From an uncultured Acidimicrobiales bacterium (GTDB taxonomy: Bacteria > Actinomycetota > Acidimicrobiia > Acidimicrobiales > VFJN01): a stretch of 64,000 bases of DNA. The position numbers were made by a program, and so were the translations under genes. Each line of letters begins with the position of its first letter. Position 1 is the stretch's first letter. The DNA lies in NCBI GenBank assembly GCA_963759225.1, contig CAVWYL010000005.1, positions 7,912 to 71,911 of the forward strand, given 5' to 3'. Shown one piece after another: positions 40,095-51,873 of the stretch. The notes beneath the pieces are model-generated. The model did no database searches. It had not been told where the DNA came from and saw only the letters and a list, made by a program, of their open reading frames with translations.

Positions 40095-40781
40095 ATGCGC
40101 GACGAACCGGTTCTGCTCGTCCACGGCTTCGCCACCTCCGCCGAACGCACGTGGCGGGACAACGGGTGGATCGACCTGCTCGGCGACGTGGGCCGCCAGG
40201 TGATCGCCCCCGACCTGCTCGGGCACGGCGGGGCGGCCAAGCCGCACGACACCGGGGCCTACGCGGCGCTGGAGAGCGACGTGGCGGCGGTGCTGCCCGA
40301 CCGTCCGGTCGACGCCATCGGGTTCTCGCTCGGCGCCCGGGTCGTGCTCACGCTGGCGGCCGAGGACCCGGGACGGTTCGCCCGCATCGTGGTGGCCGGC
40401 GTGGGTGCCAACCTGTTCCGCTCCGACGGCGCGTCCGACGTCATCGGCCGGGCGGTGGAGGGCGGGGCGGACGCCGACGACGCCAACCCGGTCGTCCAGT
40501 ACTTCGCCGGCCTCGCCGCCCAACCGGGCGTCGACCGGGCCGCGCTGGCGGCCTGCATCCGCAGCCCCCGTCCCCCGCTCGACGCCGCCACGCTGGGCAG
40601 GATCACGTGCCCGGTGCTCGTCGTGCTCGGCGACCGCGACTTCGCCGGCCCCGCCGACCCGCTGGTCGAGGCCCTGCCCGACGCCACGTTCCACCCCCTG
40701 CGCAACGTCGACCACTTCGCCACCCCGAAGGACTTCGGCTTCCTCGACGCCGCCCTGGGCTTCCTCGACGCCCAACCCTGA
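40095..40781 (+). CDS. alpha/beta fold hydrolase
   Basis: LLVHGF, DLLGHG, GFSLG nucleophile elbow, GDRD, DH. Confidence 0.9.
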   Translation: MRDEPVLLVHGFATSAERTWRDNGWIDLLGDVGRQVIAPDLLGHGGAAKPHDTGAYAALESDVAAVLPDRPVDAIGFSLGARVVLTLAAEDPGRFARIVVAGVGANLFRSDGASDVIGRAVEGGADADDANPVVQYFAGLAAQPGVDRAALAACIRSPRPPLDAATLGRITCPVLVVLGDRDFAGPADPLVEALPDATFHPLRNVDHFATPKDFGFLDAALGFLDAQP

Positions 40782-40864
40782 CACCGCCCCCCGGGGTCGG
40801 CCCTCGTTCACGGGCGGTTAGCGGCCGGCCGCGCACGCTGGGTGCCGTACCCGAACGGGAGGAA

Positions 40865-43725
40865 ATGCGGTGCTCAACGTAGGCGGACGCAGCACGGCCG
40901 GCCTGGCGACGGCGGCGGCGGGGGTCATCGGCACCCCGACCGTGACGCGGCGGCTGGTGCGGGGGGCGGACCAGCTCGACATCGTCGTCGAGCTGTTCGA
41001 CGCAGTGGTGGACGGCGACGGCAACGTGGCGCCGTCGGGGCCCGAGCCGCTCATGCGGCTCACCTTCGGGTCCCAGCACACCACCGAGCAGACCTTCGAC
41101 GGCGAGGCGCCCGTGCCGCCGACCGCCGGGATCGACCACATCGCGGCCGGTGACAGCGTCGTCGTCGTGCCCGTGACCGGGCCGTTCCCGTTCACGCTCG
41201 ACGGTGTCCTCGACGCCGCCACGGCGCGGCTGGCGGCGCAGGACTCCGAGGCGCCGCCCGACGGGTCCGTCACCGCCGTCGAGGTCCCCGCCGGGCTGGT
41301 CCTCTCCCCGGCGGGGGCCGCCCGCCTCGTCGCCGCCCGCCGGCCCTTCACGACCGGCGACACCACCGAGGTGTGGACCGCCCGCGTCGAGCCGGCCGGG
41401 GGGTCCCCGACGCTCGAGCTCGCCGCCGTCCACCACGCCGCCGACCCGCTGCTGCCCACCCAGGTGCCGAAGCGCCGAGGACCGCGGCGACATCGTCACC
41501 AACAGCCTCACCGAGGCCCCGATCACGGCCCGGCGGCTGTGGCTCTCCAGCTCCGGCGCCTTCGCCGACCTCCACGGCGAGTGGACCGGTGGCGATCACC
41601 GACTACGACCACCTCGTCGCCGCCGGCCGGGACGCCCACGTGCAGGTCCTCGCCCTCGGCCACCTCCTGCCGTTCGGCCACCGGGCCGCGATCGCCGAGG
41701 TGTCGACGCGGGCCTTCCTCGACGACACCGCCGGCGAGGACACGGCCGTGATGCAGGTGACGCACTTCCTCACGATCGTCGAGCCGACCGTGACACGCCC
41801 CGGGCCTTCGCCCAGCACGAGGGCCGGGGCCTGCCGCTGGCCACGCTGACGGCGACCACCAGCGAGACGACGCCGATCACGCTCGACGAGGTCCTCGACC
41901 TCGCGGGCGACCGCATCGAGGGCGTGCACGACCTGCGGGTCGCCGGCGGCGCCGACCACCTGGTCGACTACCGCTGCGTCGACCGCGGCGGCGACACCGT
42001 GTCGTTCGCCCTGCCCGCCACCTTCGTCGACGACGAGGTGGCCTACGAGCCGGGTGCGGGGAAGCCGCTCGACCGCCTGCGCCTGGTGGCCAACAGCCCC
42101 GGCCGCCTCGGCCGGCGCGAGGTCGACCTCGGCGGCCAGCGGGTGTCCTACGCGGACTCGTTCGCCGGCGGCCAGACGGGGCAGGTCACCCACCGGTTCC
42201 GGCTGGCGTGGGAGGGCCCCGAGCCCGGCGCCAGCGAGGACGACCTGCGACGACGCCCGCGACCCGGCCGTCTACGCGGTGCTCGAGCACGCCGACGTCG
42301 TCCCCGAGCTGGTCGGGTCGGCCACCGGCGCCACCGGGTCCACCGTCAGGGTGGCCCTGCACGAGCGCTGGCTGGAATCCGGCAACGGCGGCGGCAACTT
42401 CGACCTGGCCTACCTCACGCTCTGCCCCCCGGTGTCGTCCCTGATCGGCGCCGACAGCGCCCTCGGCGGGGTCGCGCAGTTCGACATGCTGGCCGAGGTG
42501 TTCAACCAGTCCGCCGGCGTGGGGCTGGACCTGCCGTCCGCCGACGCGCCCTGGGATCCCACCAAGCTGGTCGGCGACGCCTCCAAGATCATCGGCAACA
42601 TCTCGCTGGCCGACATCATCAACGCGGTGGTGAACGGCGTCCCCGGCCTCGACGTCCCGGGCACCTCGGTCACCGTCACCGACGACTCGGTGATCGTCGA
42701 GTTCACGTTCTGCCCGTCACGCTGCAGGACTTGCCCGAGGTCGGCTTCCGCACGGTGCCGGGCACGACCCGGTGCTGCCTGCACGTCACCACCGTCATCT
42801 CGCTCGACGAGTCGATCGAGGCCTCGTTCGAGACCGAGATGCGGGTCGAGAACTTCTTCCTCGACTTCCCGCCCGGCTTCGACCCGCCCCCCGTCAGCAT
42901 CGACGTCGAGTCGGTCACCGCGACTCATCGGCTCCGACGGCTCGGTCGCGATCCTGCCCAAGATCCGCGGCCTGGGAGTTCACGGGCCTGCTCTCGCTGC
43001 TGATGGCGCTCGTCGACAGCTTCGGGACCACCGACTTCGACCTCAAGATCTCCCCCGAGCTGATCGACGTCGACAGCACCATCAACCTGCCCGACATCTC
43101 GCTCGGCGTCGCCGAGATCCGCAACTTCGCCGTCAACCTGGGCCTGGAGCTGCCCCTCGGCGACGGCGCCGGCCTCGTGTCGGTCGGCATCGGCTCCAAG
43201 TCCAGCCCGCTCGACATCGACGTCATGATGTTCGGGGCCACGTTCTGGCTCGACATCGATCTCGGGTTCAGCGGCGGCGCCGCGCCGGCCGTCACGACGA
43301 CGTCCATGGGCGTCTCCGTGTACTGGGAGATGCTCGACTTCGACATCGTCGTCGTGAAGATCGCCTTCGCCCTGCGGCTGGCGGCCGACTGGAGGCTGAC
43401 CGCCGGCGAGGTCTCCTTCACCGGCGCCGTGTCGCTCGAGGGCCAGATCGACGTGCTCGGTCTCGTGTCGGTGAGCGCCTCGCTCGTGGCCAGCCTGGGC
43501 TACGAGTCGCGCACCGAGGTCATGGTGCTGAAGGGCACCGTGAACTACTGCGTCGACACGTTCCTGGGGAAGCTCACCAGCGGCTCCGTGCCCATCGGCG
43601 CCACCGAGATCGAGCTCGGCGACGGCCAGGGCGCCCTCGCCGGGGCCCGGGCCGGCGGCACCTCCTCCTTCGCCGACCGCTACCGCGAGCCCGTCTGGGC
43701 CGACTACTGCGACGCCTTCGCCTGA
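40865..43725 (+). CDS. very large beta-rich hypothetical protein (about 950 aa; about 7 frameshifts)
   Basis: RBS GGAGG; continuous GC3-biased coding across ORFs 40870, 41373, 41204, 42054 and 42772; motifs LWLSSSGA, GRDAHV, GHLLPFGHRA, DVLGLVSVS; ends WADYCDAFA. Confidence 0.7.
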
Positions 43726-43776
43726 CCGCCGACCGGCGGCTCCCCCCGTTCGACCACTCCCCACGAGGTCCCTGAC

Positions 43777-46700
43777 ATGCCTGTTCGCCATCTCGTCATC
43801 ACCCCGCTGCCCAACGGCCGCAGCGGCAACACCCTGACCCTGTCGGTCCACCTGTCGCCCCGCCTCCGGGGCAAGGGCACCCTGGCCGACTACTCCGACT
43901 TCGCCGACTGGCCCACGTTCGCCAACGCCGGCCCCCCGCTCGCCTTCCAGCCGGTGATCAACAACAAGGTGCGCCCGGGCGTGACCGCCACCATCGTGTC
44001 GGCCCCGCCGGACCCCCAGGTGTGGCAGGCCGTGTTCGGCGACCCGCCGTCGACCGTGCCGGTCGAGCCGTTCCGGTTCCGGGACCGCTCCGACCTCGAC
44101 CTGCGGGCCATCGACTCGGGCGAGCTGTCCCAGCGGCTGATGGCGATGCTGCGGAGCCTGTCGAGCCGGGGTGCGGCCGAGGTGAGCAAGGCCGACGTGC
44201 TCGCGGCCGCCGGACCGCTGTTCGAGTCGCTGCTGCCGGAGGCCCAGGAGTTCATGGCCGAGGTCGGCAACGGCGAGGACCCCGGCGCCCCCTCGACCGA
44301 GTTCCACGACCAGCTCGGCCCGCTGGCCGCCCACCCGTTCCTGATGCGGGCGCTCGGCCTCGTGTACGACCTGGAGGTGACGCTCCCGGCGGGCGCCGGC
44401 CCGATCAACCAGATCGCGGTGCGCTCCAACTGGTGGCAGAAGGCCGGGATCGACGAGCACGACGAGGTGCCCATGCGGGTGGCGGTCGACGCCGACTTCA
44501 AGGCCCGCGTCGACGAGCCCCGCTACCGGGTGTCGGACTGGCTGGCGCTGGGCGAGCCCACCTACGCCGTCGGTCAGCTCGACCTGCTCAACGCCGTGCA
44601 CCAGATGGGCCAGCTCGCCGACGACCTGGCGGCCGCCGAGCTGAAGTCGCCGGTCGAGGTGCCGGCGCTGCTGGAGAGCGGGCTGTCGGTGATCTGCGGC
44701 GACCTGGGCGACCTGGTCAAGCAGCGCCTGGCCCGCGGCCGCCTGATCGAGGACGGCATCGACGCCTGGATCGGCGCCGTGCCGCAGGCCCGGCCGCCGC
44801 TGCTGTTCGCCGAGGACGTCACGCTCGGCTACCGCTGCGACGTCGAGGACGACGTGCTGCCCGGCGTCCGCTCGCTGCACGACCGCCGGGTCCCGGGCGG
44901 CTACGGCTTCCCCCGCGACAAGACGCTGGCGCTGCGGCCCCCGCGCGACGAGGGCTGGGGCTCGGTCGGCCTGTTCACCGACGGGGCCGAGGACGTGCGG
45001 CCGGCGTCGACCAACGTCACCTACAGCCAGGAGGGCGAGCCGGTCGCCAAGAAGGTCGAGGAGCTCGACCAGACGGCCTGGCGGCTGGACGACCACGTGT
45101 TCACGTGGGGTGGGTGGAGCCTGTCGACGCCCCGGGTCGGCAACAGCACCACCGGCTCCGGCGCCGTGAAGGCGCCGGAGGCGAACGTCCCCCTCGCCGA
45201 CCAGCCCCACCCAGCTGGTCGTCGACTACGCCCACGTCAACGGCACCCTGCCCAAGCTGCGCTACGGGCGCACCTACACGCTCCGGGCCCGGTGCGTGGA
45301 CCTCGCCGGCAACGGCCCGGCGCTCGGCGACGCCCCGCCGCCGGGCGGGACCGCGCCGCCCACGCAGTTCGGCCGGCTGGCGCCCCTCACGGCGCCGCTG
45401 CCGCTGCGGCGGGTGTCCCGCCCCGACCCCGGCGTCGGCGACCTGCCCGACGTCATCGTGATCCGCAGCGACCTGCTGCAGACCGACGAGGACACGCCGC
45501 CGGCCGACCGGCTGCTGTTCCCGCCCCGCATCAGCCAGGGCCGCGTGGAGCGCCACGACCTCCCGGCCGGCGGCAACGACCCGGCGTCCTACGCGCTCAT
45601 CGCCGAGCGCGACGCCCGGTCGCTCACCGACCAGACCCTCATCGACCCGGAGACCGGCGAGCTGGTGGCGGGCGCCGCCGTCGTCGACGGCCAGGTCACC
45701 GAGGGCCCGACCCGTCCCCCGGTCGCCTACCTGACCGACCCGGCGGCCGGCCGGGCGGCCCTCATCGGGCTGCCGGGCGGCGACCCCGCCGTGCCCGTGC
45801 TCGCCCCCTACGGGCCCTGGCCCGACGCCGAGGCCGTCCAGCTGGAGCTGCGGGCCGGCGAGGGTGCCCCCCGGGCCTCCGCCGCCGACCGGCGGGTGAG
45901 GGTCCGGATGCCCAAGGGCACCGTCGTCACCGCCGAGCTCAGCTCGGCCCCCGAGCCCGGGATGCTGGAGCACATGGCGTTCGGCCAGGGGCTCGGCCCC
46001 GACGACACGGTCGCGGCCCTCCGGGGCCTCAACCACGCCATCTCCCCCCGGCGGACGATCACGCTGGTCCACGCCGTGCGCCAGCCCGCTCGAGGCGCCC
46101 CTGTTCGGCACGATGGAGGCCGAGCGATCGCCAGGTCGGGCAGACCGACATCGTCATCACGGGCAGGCTCGGCGTGCACCGGGCGACGACCGAGCACGTC
46201 GTGCTGCGCAGCCGCTGGACCGACCCGATCGACCCGCTCCACGCGCCAGCCCCACGAGCGCCTCACGAAGCGGGTCGTGTGCGACGTCCCCCTGGCCCTC
46301 GAGAGCGAGGACGGCACCGTCGAGGAGCTGGCGCCCACCAGCCTGGAGCTGGGCGACACCAAGCGCCGGACCGTCGAGCTGGTGGCCGAGGGCTTCTGCC
46401 GGTTCAGCCGTTACTTCACCGAGCGGCTCGACGTCGTCGCCGACGCTCCCGGCCGGTCCCTGCAGCTGCACCCCGAGGGCGTGGTCCCGACGTCGGTGAC
46501 CCTGGCCCGCCAGGACGGCACCGCGACGTTCGTCCGCGGCACCCACTTCACCGTCACCCGCGACGGCGACCTGAGCATCCTCGACGGCGCGGCCATCCCC
46601 CCGGGCACGGCCTGCCGGGTCGAGTTCATCCCCCGGCCCGTCAGCCGCCTGTCGCTGGAGGCCGACAGCGGGCAGACGGTCAGCTTCGACGTGCCGTCGT

Positions 46701-47540
46701 CGTCGGCGCCGGCGCTGCCGGCCGTCGTCGCCGCGGTGCCCGCCTTCGCCCGCCAGGTCACCGAGACCGACACGAGCGTCACCGTCGACCACGACGGCCG
46801 GGTGGTGCGGCTGCACCTCGACCGCCCCTGGTACTCCAGCGGGGCCGGCGAGCTGCTGGGCGTGGCCATCGACAGCCCGGGCACCCCGGAACCGGCCCTG
46901 ACCCGCTGGGGCCGCGACCCGCTGACCGACGGCAACGGGGCGCTGCCGGTCGTCACGACCGCCGCCTTCCCCGCCGCGACCGACGTGGGCGTGGCCGTCG
47001 ACGGCCTGTTCGACGTGGCCGGCCACGAGGTCGTCTTCGACGCCGACGCGCCGGCTGTGGACCTCCGACCTCGCGGTGGCGGCCGACGCCGGCTACCGGC
47101 CCTTCGTCCGGCTCACCGTGTGCCGCTACCAGCCCCTCTCGGTGGATGGCCAGCACGTGTCCGGCACCGTCGAGCTGGCGCCGCTGCGGCTCGGGGCGGC
47201 GCGCCGGGTCGAGGTGACCCAGCAGCCGGGCGGCCAGGCCCGGGTCGTGCTGTCCGGCCCCGACGCGGTCAACCAGGTCAGCGTCGTCGTGCAGGAGGCC
47301 GACCCGGCGATCGCCGACCCGGACCTGCGCTGGCAGGACGTGGCCACCACCGTGCTCACGCGCAGCGGCACCACGGCCGCCGCCGTCCACGACGGCCTGG
47401 TGGACCTGCCCGCCACCGGCAACGACCGCCGGCTGGTGATCGAGGACGCCGAGCCCGTCACGGTCGAGTCGGCCGGGACGCTGGTGGACTCGACCGTCGT
47501 CGCCTACCGGGAGGTCGTCCCGGTCCCGGCGGGGTGGTGA
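43777..47540 (+). CDS. very large hypothetical protein (about 1250 aa; about 5 frameshifts)
   Basis: TPLPNG..LSVHLSPRL, GYRCDV, W.GWSLS.PR, LPKLRYGRTY..RAR.VDLAGN, LVHAVRQP, DTKRR, RPWYSSG.GELLGV, WG.DP, Y.PFVRL..CRYQP. Confidence 0.75.
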
Positions 47541-48070
47541 CCGGTCCCCGGCTCACCATCGAGGGAACCGCGCCCACGACCCCGGTGCACCTGTGGGTGC
47601 TCGGGGTCGTGGTGGACGCGGCGACCACCGTGTCGGGCCGGTACGTGGTGCCCGGGCGGCCGGGTCCGGTCGTGGCGGTCGAGGCGCCGGTGGCCCCGAT
47701 CGCGGGGTGCGCGGTGGCGGGGGCGGTCGTCGTCGCCTGGGACGGCCCCGACCCGGGCGCCGCCGTCCGCCACGCGGCGGCCGTGGCCGTCGACGAGGTC
47801 GTGCAGGAGCGGGTGTGGCTGGCCGATCTGGCCCGCCCGACGCCCGGCAACCTGCGGGACCTGTGCCTCGGCATCGACCAGGACGTCCACGACACGCTGA
47901 CCACCGGCTGGTTCGTGGCCCGGCGGGCGGGCGACGGCCACGTGGCCACGGTGTCGTGCGTGCTGACGCTCGACGGCCCGGTGGACCAGCCGCTCGACCT
48001 CCGCTTCCGCCGGCGGTCCGTGGACCACGACCTGCGGGCGATGCTGCGGTACTCGGTAGCGGTTCGGTAA
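47537..48070 (+). CDS. hypothetical protein, third gene of the giant-gene operon
   Basis: GTGA overlap with the upstream stop; 177-codon open frame. Confidence 0.55.
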   Translation: MTGPRLTIEGTAPTTPVHLWVLGVVVDAATTVSGRYVVPGRPGPVVAVEAPVAPIAGCAVAGAVVVAWDGPDPGAAVRHAAAVAVDEVVQERVWLADLARPTPGNLRDLCLGIDQDVHDTLTTGWFVARRAGDGHVATVSCVLTLDGPVDQPLDLRFRRRSVDHDLRAMLRYSVAVR

Positions 48071-48140
48071 CGCGCCCGCCCGCAGGCTGCGGGCATGATC
48101 GGACCAACTCGTCGCATCCGTACCACTGCGGCGCGACGAG

Positions 48141-49471
48141 GTGGTGGGACTCGACGAGTGCGCCCCGCTGCTCGACGGCCGCCGGGTCCCGTACGTGAAC
48201 CTGGACAACGCGGCCACGACCCCGCCGCTGCGGGCGGTGGTGGAGGCGGTCGGCGACCTGCTGCCGCTCTACGCCAGCGTCCACCGGGGCACCGGCTACA
48301 AGTCCCGGGTCACGACCGCCGCCTACGAGCGCGCCCGCGAGACGGTGGGCGCGTTCGTGGGCGCCGACCCCGACCGGGACGTGGTCGTGTTCGGCCGGCA
48401 CACGACCGACGCCGTCAACCTCCTGGCCCGGTCGCTGGACGCGGACCCGGACGCGGTCGTGCTCACGACGCTGCTGGAGCACCACTCGAACGACCTGCCG
48501 TGGCGGGCCCGCGGGCGGGTGCTGCACGTCGGCGCCCGGCCGGACGGCGCGCTGGACCTCGACCACCTCGACCGGCTGCTGGCCCGCCACGCCGGGCGGG
48601 TGGCGCTGCTGGCCGTCACCGGTGCCTCCAACGTGACCGGCGTGGTGCCGCCGGTGCACGACCTGGCGGCGCGGGTCCACGCCGTGGGCGGGCGGATCCT
48701 CGTGGACGCGGCCCAGCTCGCCGCCCACCGGCGGATCGACATGCTGCCCCACGACGACCCCCGCCACCTCGACTTCGTGGCCCTGTCGGCCCACAAGATG
48801 TACGCCCCGTTCGGGACCGGCGCGCTCGTGGGCCGGCGGGACCTGTTCGGCCCCCGCCCGCACCAGCCGGGCGGCGGCACGGTGCGGGCCGTCACCGTCG
48901 ACGGCGTGGCCTGGGCCGACCTGCCCGACCGGGAGGAGGGCGGCAGCCCCAACGTGATCGGCGCGGTGGCGCTGGCCGACCGCCACGACCGCGCTCGCCG
49001 CCGCCGGCTTCGACCGGATCGCGGCCCACGAGCGCCGCCTCACCGCCTACGCCACGGCGCGGCTGGGCCGTATCCCCGGGGTCACGCTCCTCGGGCCGAC
49101 CGACCCGGCCACGCTGGCCACCAAGGTCGGCGTCATCCCGTTCACCGGTCGCGGGCGTGGACCCGGGGGTGGTGGCGGCCGTGCTGGGCTACGAGCACGG
49201 CATCGGCGTGCGCAGCGGCTGCTTCTGCGCCCACCCGTACGTCGCCCACCTGCTGGCGATGAGCCCGGCCGAGGTCGCGGCCCACGCCGCCGCCGGCGGG
49301 GCCCCGGGCGCCGTCCGCATGAGCCTCGCGGCCTACAGCGACTGCGGCGACGTCGACCGCGCCGTCGACGCGGTCGAGCAGGTGGCCCGGGGCGCCTACC
49401 GCGGCACGTACGTCCGCGGGGCCGACGGCGGGTGGGCGCCGCGGGGCGACCGGGTCCCGGCCGCCGGCTGA
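48141..49471 (+). CDS. PLP-dependent class V aminotransferase / cysteine desulfurase-like (frameshifts near 48978 and 49147)
   Basis: NLDNAATT, SVHRG, EHHSN.LPW, DAAQ, SAHKMYAPFG, VRSGCFCAHP. Confidence 0.9.
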
Positions 49472-49493
49472 TCCCGCGCGCCGGGGCCGCGGG

Positions 49494-50435
49494 TCACTCG
49501 AACAGGACCGAGATGCTCTCCCGCCGGGCGATGCGGCGGATGGCCTCGCCGAACAGCCCGGCCACCGACACGACCTCGACCTTGTCCGACAGGTCGCCCG
49601 GCTGGGTCTCGACGCTGTCGGTCATGAACAGCCGCTCGATGGGGCTGTCGTCGAGCCGCTGGTTGGCCGCCCCCGCCAGCAGGCCGTGGCTGACGGCGGC
49701 GTAGACCGACGTGGCGCCGCGCTCGACCAGGACGCGGGCCGCGTCGACGAGGGTGCCGGCCGAGATGGTGAAGTCGTCGACGATGAGGGCGGTGCGGCCC
49801 TCGACCGAGCCGATGAGCTCGACGATCTCGGCGGACTCGGTGTGGTCGACCCGGCGCTTGTCGGCGATGGCGGTGGGGGCGCGCAGCCGGTTGGCCCACC
49901 CCCGGGCCTTCTTGGCGAAGCCGGCGTCGGGGGCCACGACGACCAGGTTCTCGAGGCCCTTGGACCGGATGGCGTCGCACAGGACCGGCGCCGCGTACAG
50001 GTCGTCGACCGGGATGCGGAAGAACCCCTGGACCTGGGGCGCGTGCAGGTCGAGGGTCACGACCCGGTCGGCGCCGGCGGCCTCGATGGCGTCGGCGCAG
50101 ACGCGGGCCCGGATCGACACCCGGGGCTCGTCCTTCTTGTCGCCCTTGGCGTAGGTGAAGTACGGGATCACGGCGGTCACGGAGGCGGCGCTGGCCCGCT
50201 TGAGCGCGTCGATCCAGAACAGGAGCTCCATGAAGTTGTCGTTGGCGGGGAACGCCGTGCCCTGCACCAGGAACACGTTCCGGCCCCGCACGTTCTCCAG
50301 CACCCGGACGAACAGGTTGCCCTCGGAGAAGTGGAGCAGCTCCGACGCCCCCAGCTCGCAGTCGAGGTACTGGGCGATGGAGCGACCGAGGCGCTGGCTG
50401 GCGGACCCGGCGAACAGCAGGAACTCGTCGTCCAC
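49494..50435 (-). CDS. prs: ribose-phosphate pyrophosphokinase
   Basis: FSEGN, PYFTYAKGD, DLHAPQVQGFF, VAPDAG, IVDDFTISAGTL. Confidence 0.93.
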   Translation of the reverse strand: MDDEFLLFAGSASQRLGRSIAQYLDCELGASELLHFSEGNLFVRVLENVRGRNVFLVQGTAFPANDNFMELLFWIDALKRASAASVTAVIPYFTYAKGDKKDEPRVSIRARVCADAIEAAGADRVVTLDLHAPQVQGFFRIPVDDLYAAPVLCDAIRSKGLENLVVVAPDAGFAKKARGWANRLRAPTAIADKRRVDHTESAEIVELIGSVEGRTALIVDDFTISAGTLVDAARVLVERGATSVYAAVSHGLLAGAANQRLDDSPIERLFMTDSVETQPGDLSDKVEVVSVAGLFGEAIRRIARRESISVLFE

Positions 50436-50450
50436 GCGGGCGACGCTACC

Positions 50451-50831
50451 TCAGCGGCCCCGATCGAGGACCTCGACGAGCCGGCGCCCGGCGACGTGGC
50501 GGTAGGCGGCCTCGACGAGCTCGGCCATCTCCCGGGCGTCCAGGGCGCCCGTGTCGAGGCGGACCGCCATCCAGCCCCGGTCGCCGTGGTGGGGCGACGG
50601 TCGGAACCGGGGGTCGTGGCGGAGCGCCTCCCGCTCGGCGGGGTCGGTGGCGACGTGCAGCGAGGGCCCGGCGTCCCGCCAGCGGGGCCGGTCCGGGGCG
50701 CCGGGCGGGTTGACCAGCGCGAAGCGCCGGCGCCGGACCCGGAACAGCGGGCGGCCCTGCAGCTCGGCCTCCTCGGCCTCCGGGAACCGCAGGCACACCG
50801 CCCGGATGGCCGCCAGGTCGGGGCCGCTCAC
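50451..50831 (-). CDS. MmcQ/YjbR-family protein
   Basis: CLRFPEAEE, P.FRVR.RRFA, G.RGW..V.L, LVEAAYRHVA. Confidence 0.8.
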   Translation of the reverse strand: MSGPDLAAIRAVCLRFPEAEEAELQGRPLFRVRRRRFALVNPPGAPDRPRWRDAGPSLHVATDPAEREALRHDPRFRPSPHHGDRGWMAVRLDTGALDAREMAELVEAAYRHVAGRRLVEVLDRGR

Positions 50832-50918
50832 TGGTGCACCCTTCGGGCGCACCAGTGAGCGAATCGCCACTTCGTGGCGCAGGGCCGACTGTGCCTATGG
50901 ACCTCGCTACGCTCGGTC
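50825..50918. repeat. REP-like cluster of hairpins
   Basis: CGCTCACTGGTGC..TTCG..GCACCAGTGAGCG; CGCCAC-TTC-GTGGCG; GACC-TCGCTACGCTC-GGTC. Confidence 0.55.
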
Positions 50919-51309
50919 ATGCCGGGCCCAGCAGGTCCCAGCGGTTGCCGGCGACGTCGAGGAACACCGCCACCCGCCCGTAGGGCTCGTCCCGGGGCGG
51001 GGCCACGAAGCGCACCCCGGCCGCCACCATCCGGTCGTGGGCGGCGGCGAACTCGTCCACCCGCAGGAAGAACCCGACCCGCCCGCCGGCCTGGCGGCCG
51101 ACCGCGGCCCGCTGCCCGTCCCCGTCGGCCCGGGCCAGCAGCAGCCCGGTGCCGCCGCCCGGCGGCCGCACGACGACCCACCGCTTCGCCCGCCCGTCGT
51201 TCGTGCGGGCCGGCGAGTCCTCCACCAGCTCGAACCCGAGCGCGTCGACGAAGAAGGCGATGGCCGGGTCGTAGTCCTCGACGACGATCGCCACGAGGTC
51301 GAGGTGCAT
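50917..51309 (-). CDS. VOC/glyoxalase family protein
   Basis: VEDYD.AIAFF...LGFEL.ED, KRWVVV.P, PR.EPYG.VAVF.D..GNRWDL. Confidence 0.9.
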   Translation of the reverse strand: MHLDLVAIVVEDYDPAIAFFVDALGFELVEDSPARTNDGRAKRWVVVRPPGGGTGLLLARADGDGQRAAVGRQAGGRVGFFLRVDEFAAAHDRMVAAGVRFVAPPRDEPYGRVAVFLDVAGNRWDLLGPA

Positions 51310-51361
51310 CAGCGGTGGGGGAGGACGGCCAGCCCCCGGGGTCCGGCGGTCAGATGTCGGG

Positions 51362-51853
51362 TCACAGCGTGCGGCCGTAGTCGACCAGCGCCAGGACCAG
51401 GCAGGCGAAGGCCGACGTGCACACGGACGCCCGCACGATGTTCCAGGTGGCCCAGCGTTGTTCGTCGAACGCGGCGCGGACCGCCGGGAGGTCGATCTCG
51501 TCGGGGTCGCCGGCGGCCTTGAGCGCGTCGTTGCGGGGGACGTGGACGCGGGCCGTGATGGCGATGACCGCCAGGTAGGCGAGGATGCCGGTGACCGTCC
51601 ACGACAGCGCCGCCCCGCCGTCGCCCGCGAGCAGCACCGCGGCGACGACGGGCAGCACGAGACCGCCCAGGAACATCGTCAGGAACACCGGCGTGACGAT
51701 CGCCCGGTCCACCGCCTGGAAGGCGCCGACGAACGTGCGGTCGTCGACCCGCCGGAGCCCGGGCATGACCGCGATGGAGTAGATGGCGAACACCCCCGCC
51801 ATCATCCCCACGGCCACCGTGGCCAACCCCAGCACGATCCCGGTTGCGTCCAT
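51362..51853 (-). CDS. DUF1772/anthrone oxygenase-family membrane protein
   Basis: AGVF..YS..VMPGL, NDAL, RW..WN..R. Confidence 0.8.
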   Translation of the reverse strand: MDATGIVLGLATVAVGMMAGVFAIYSIAVMPGLRRVDDRTFVGAFQAVDRAIVTPVFLTMFLGGLVLPVVAAVLLAGDGGAALSWTVTGILAYLAVIAITARVHVPRNDALKAAGDPDEIDLPAVRAAFDEQRWATWNIVRASVCTSAFACLVLALVDYGRTL

Positions 51854-51873
51854 GCCCCCGATTCTGGCGGCTG

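Noticed and set aside
48078-48140. Hairpins upstream of the class V aminotransferase as a possible SAM riboswitch
   Set aside because: The region is too short and has no recognisable SAM-I/IV core. It may simply be the frameshifted 5' coding end.
325-49471. Mass pseudogenisation or programmed frameshifting
   Set aside because: Catalytic motifs are intact on both sides of each break, no slippery heptamers are evident, and the indels look like consensus errors.
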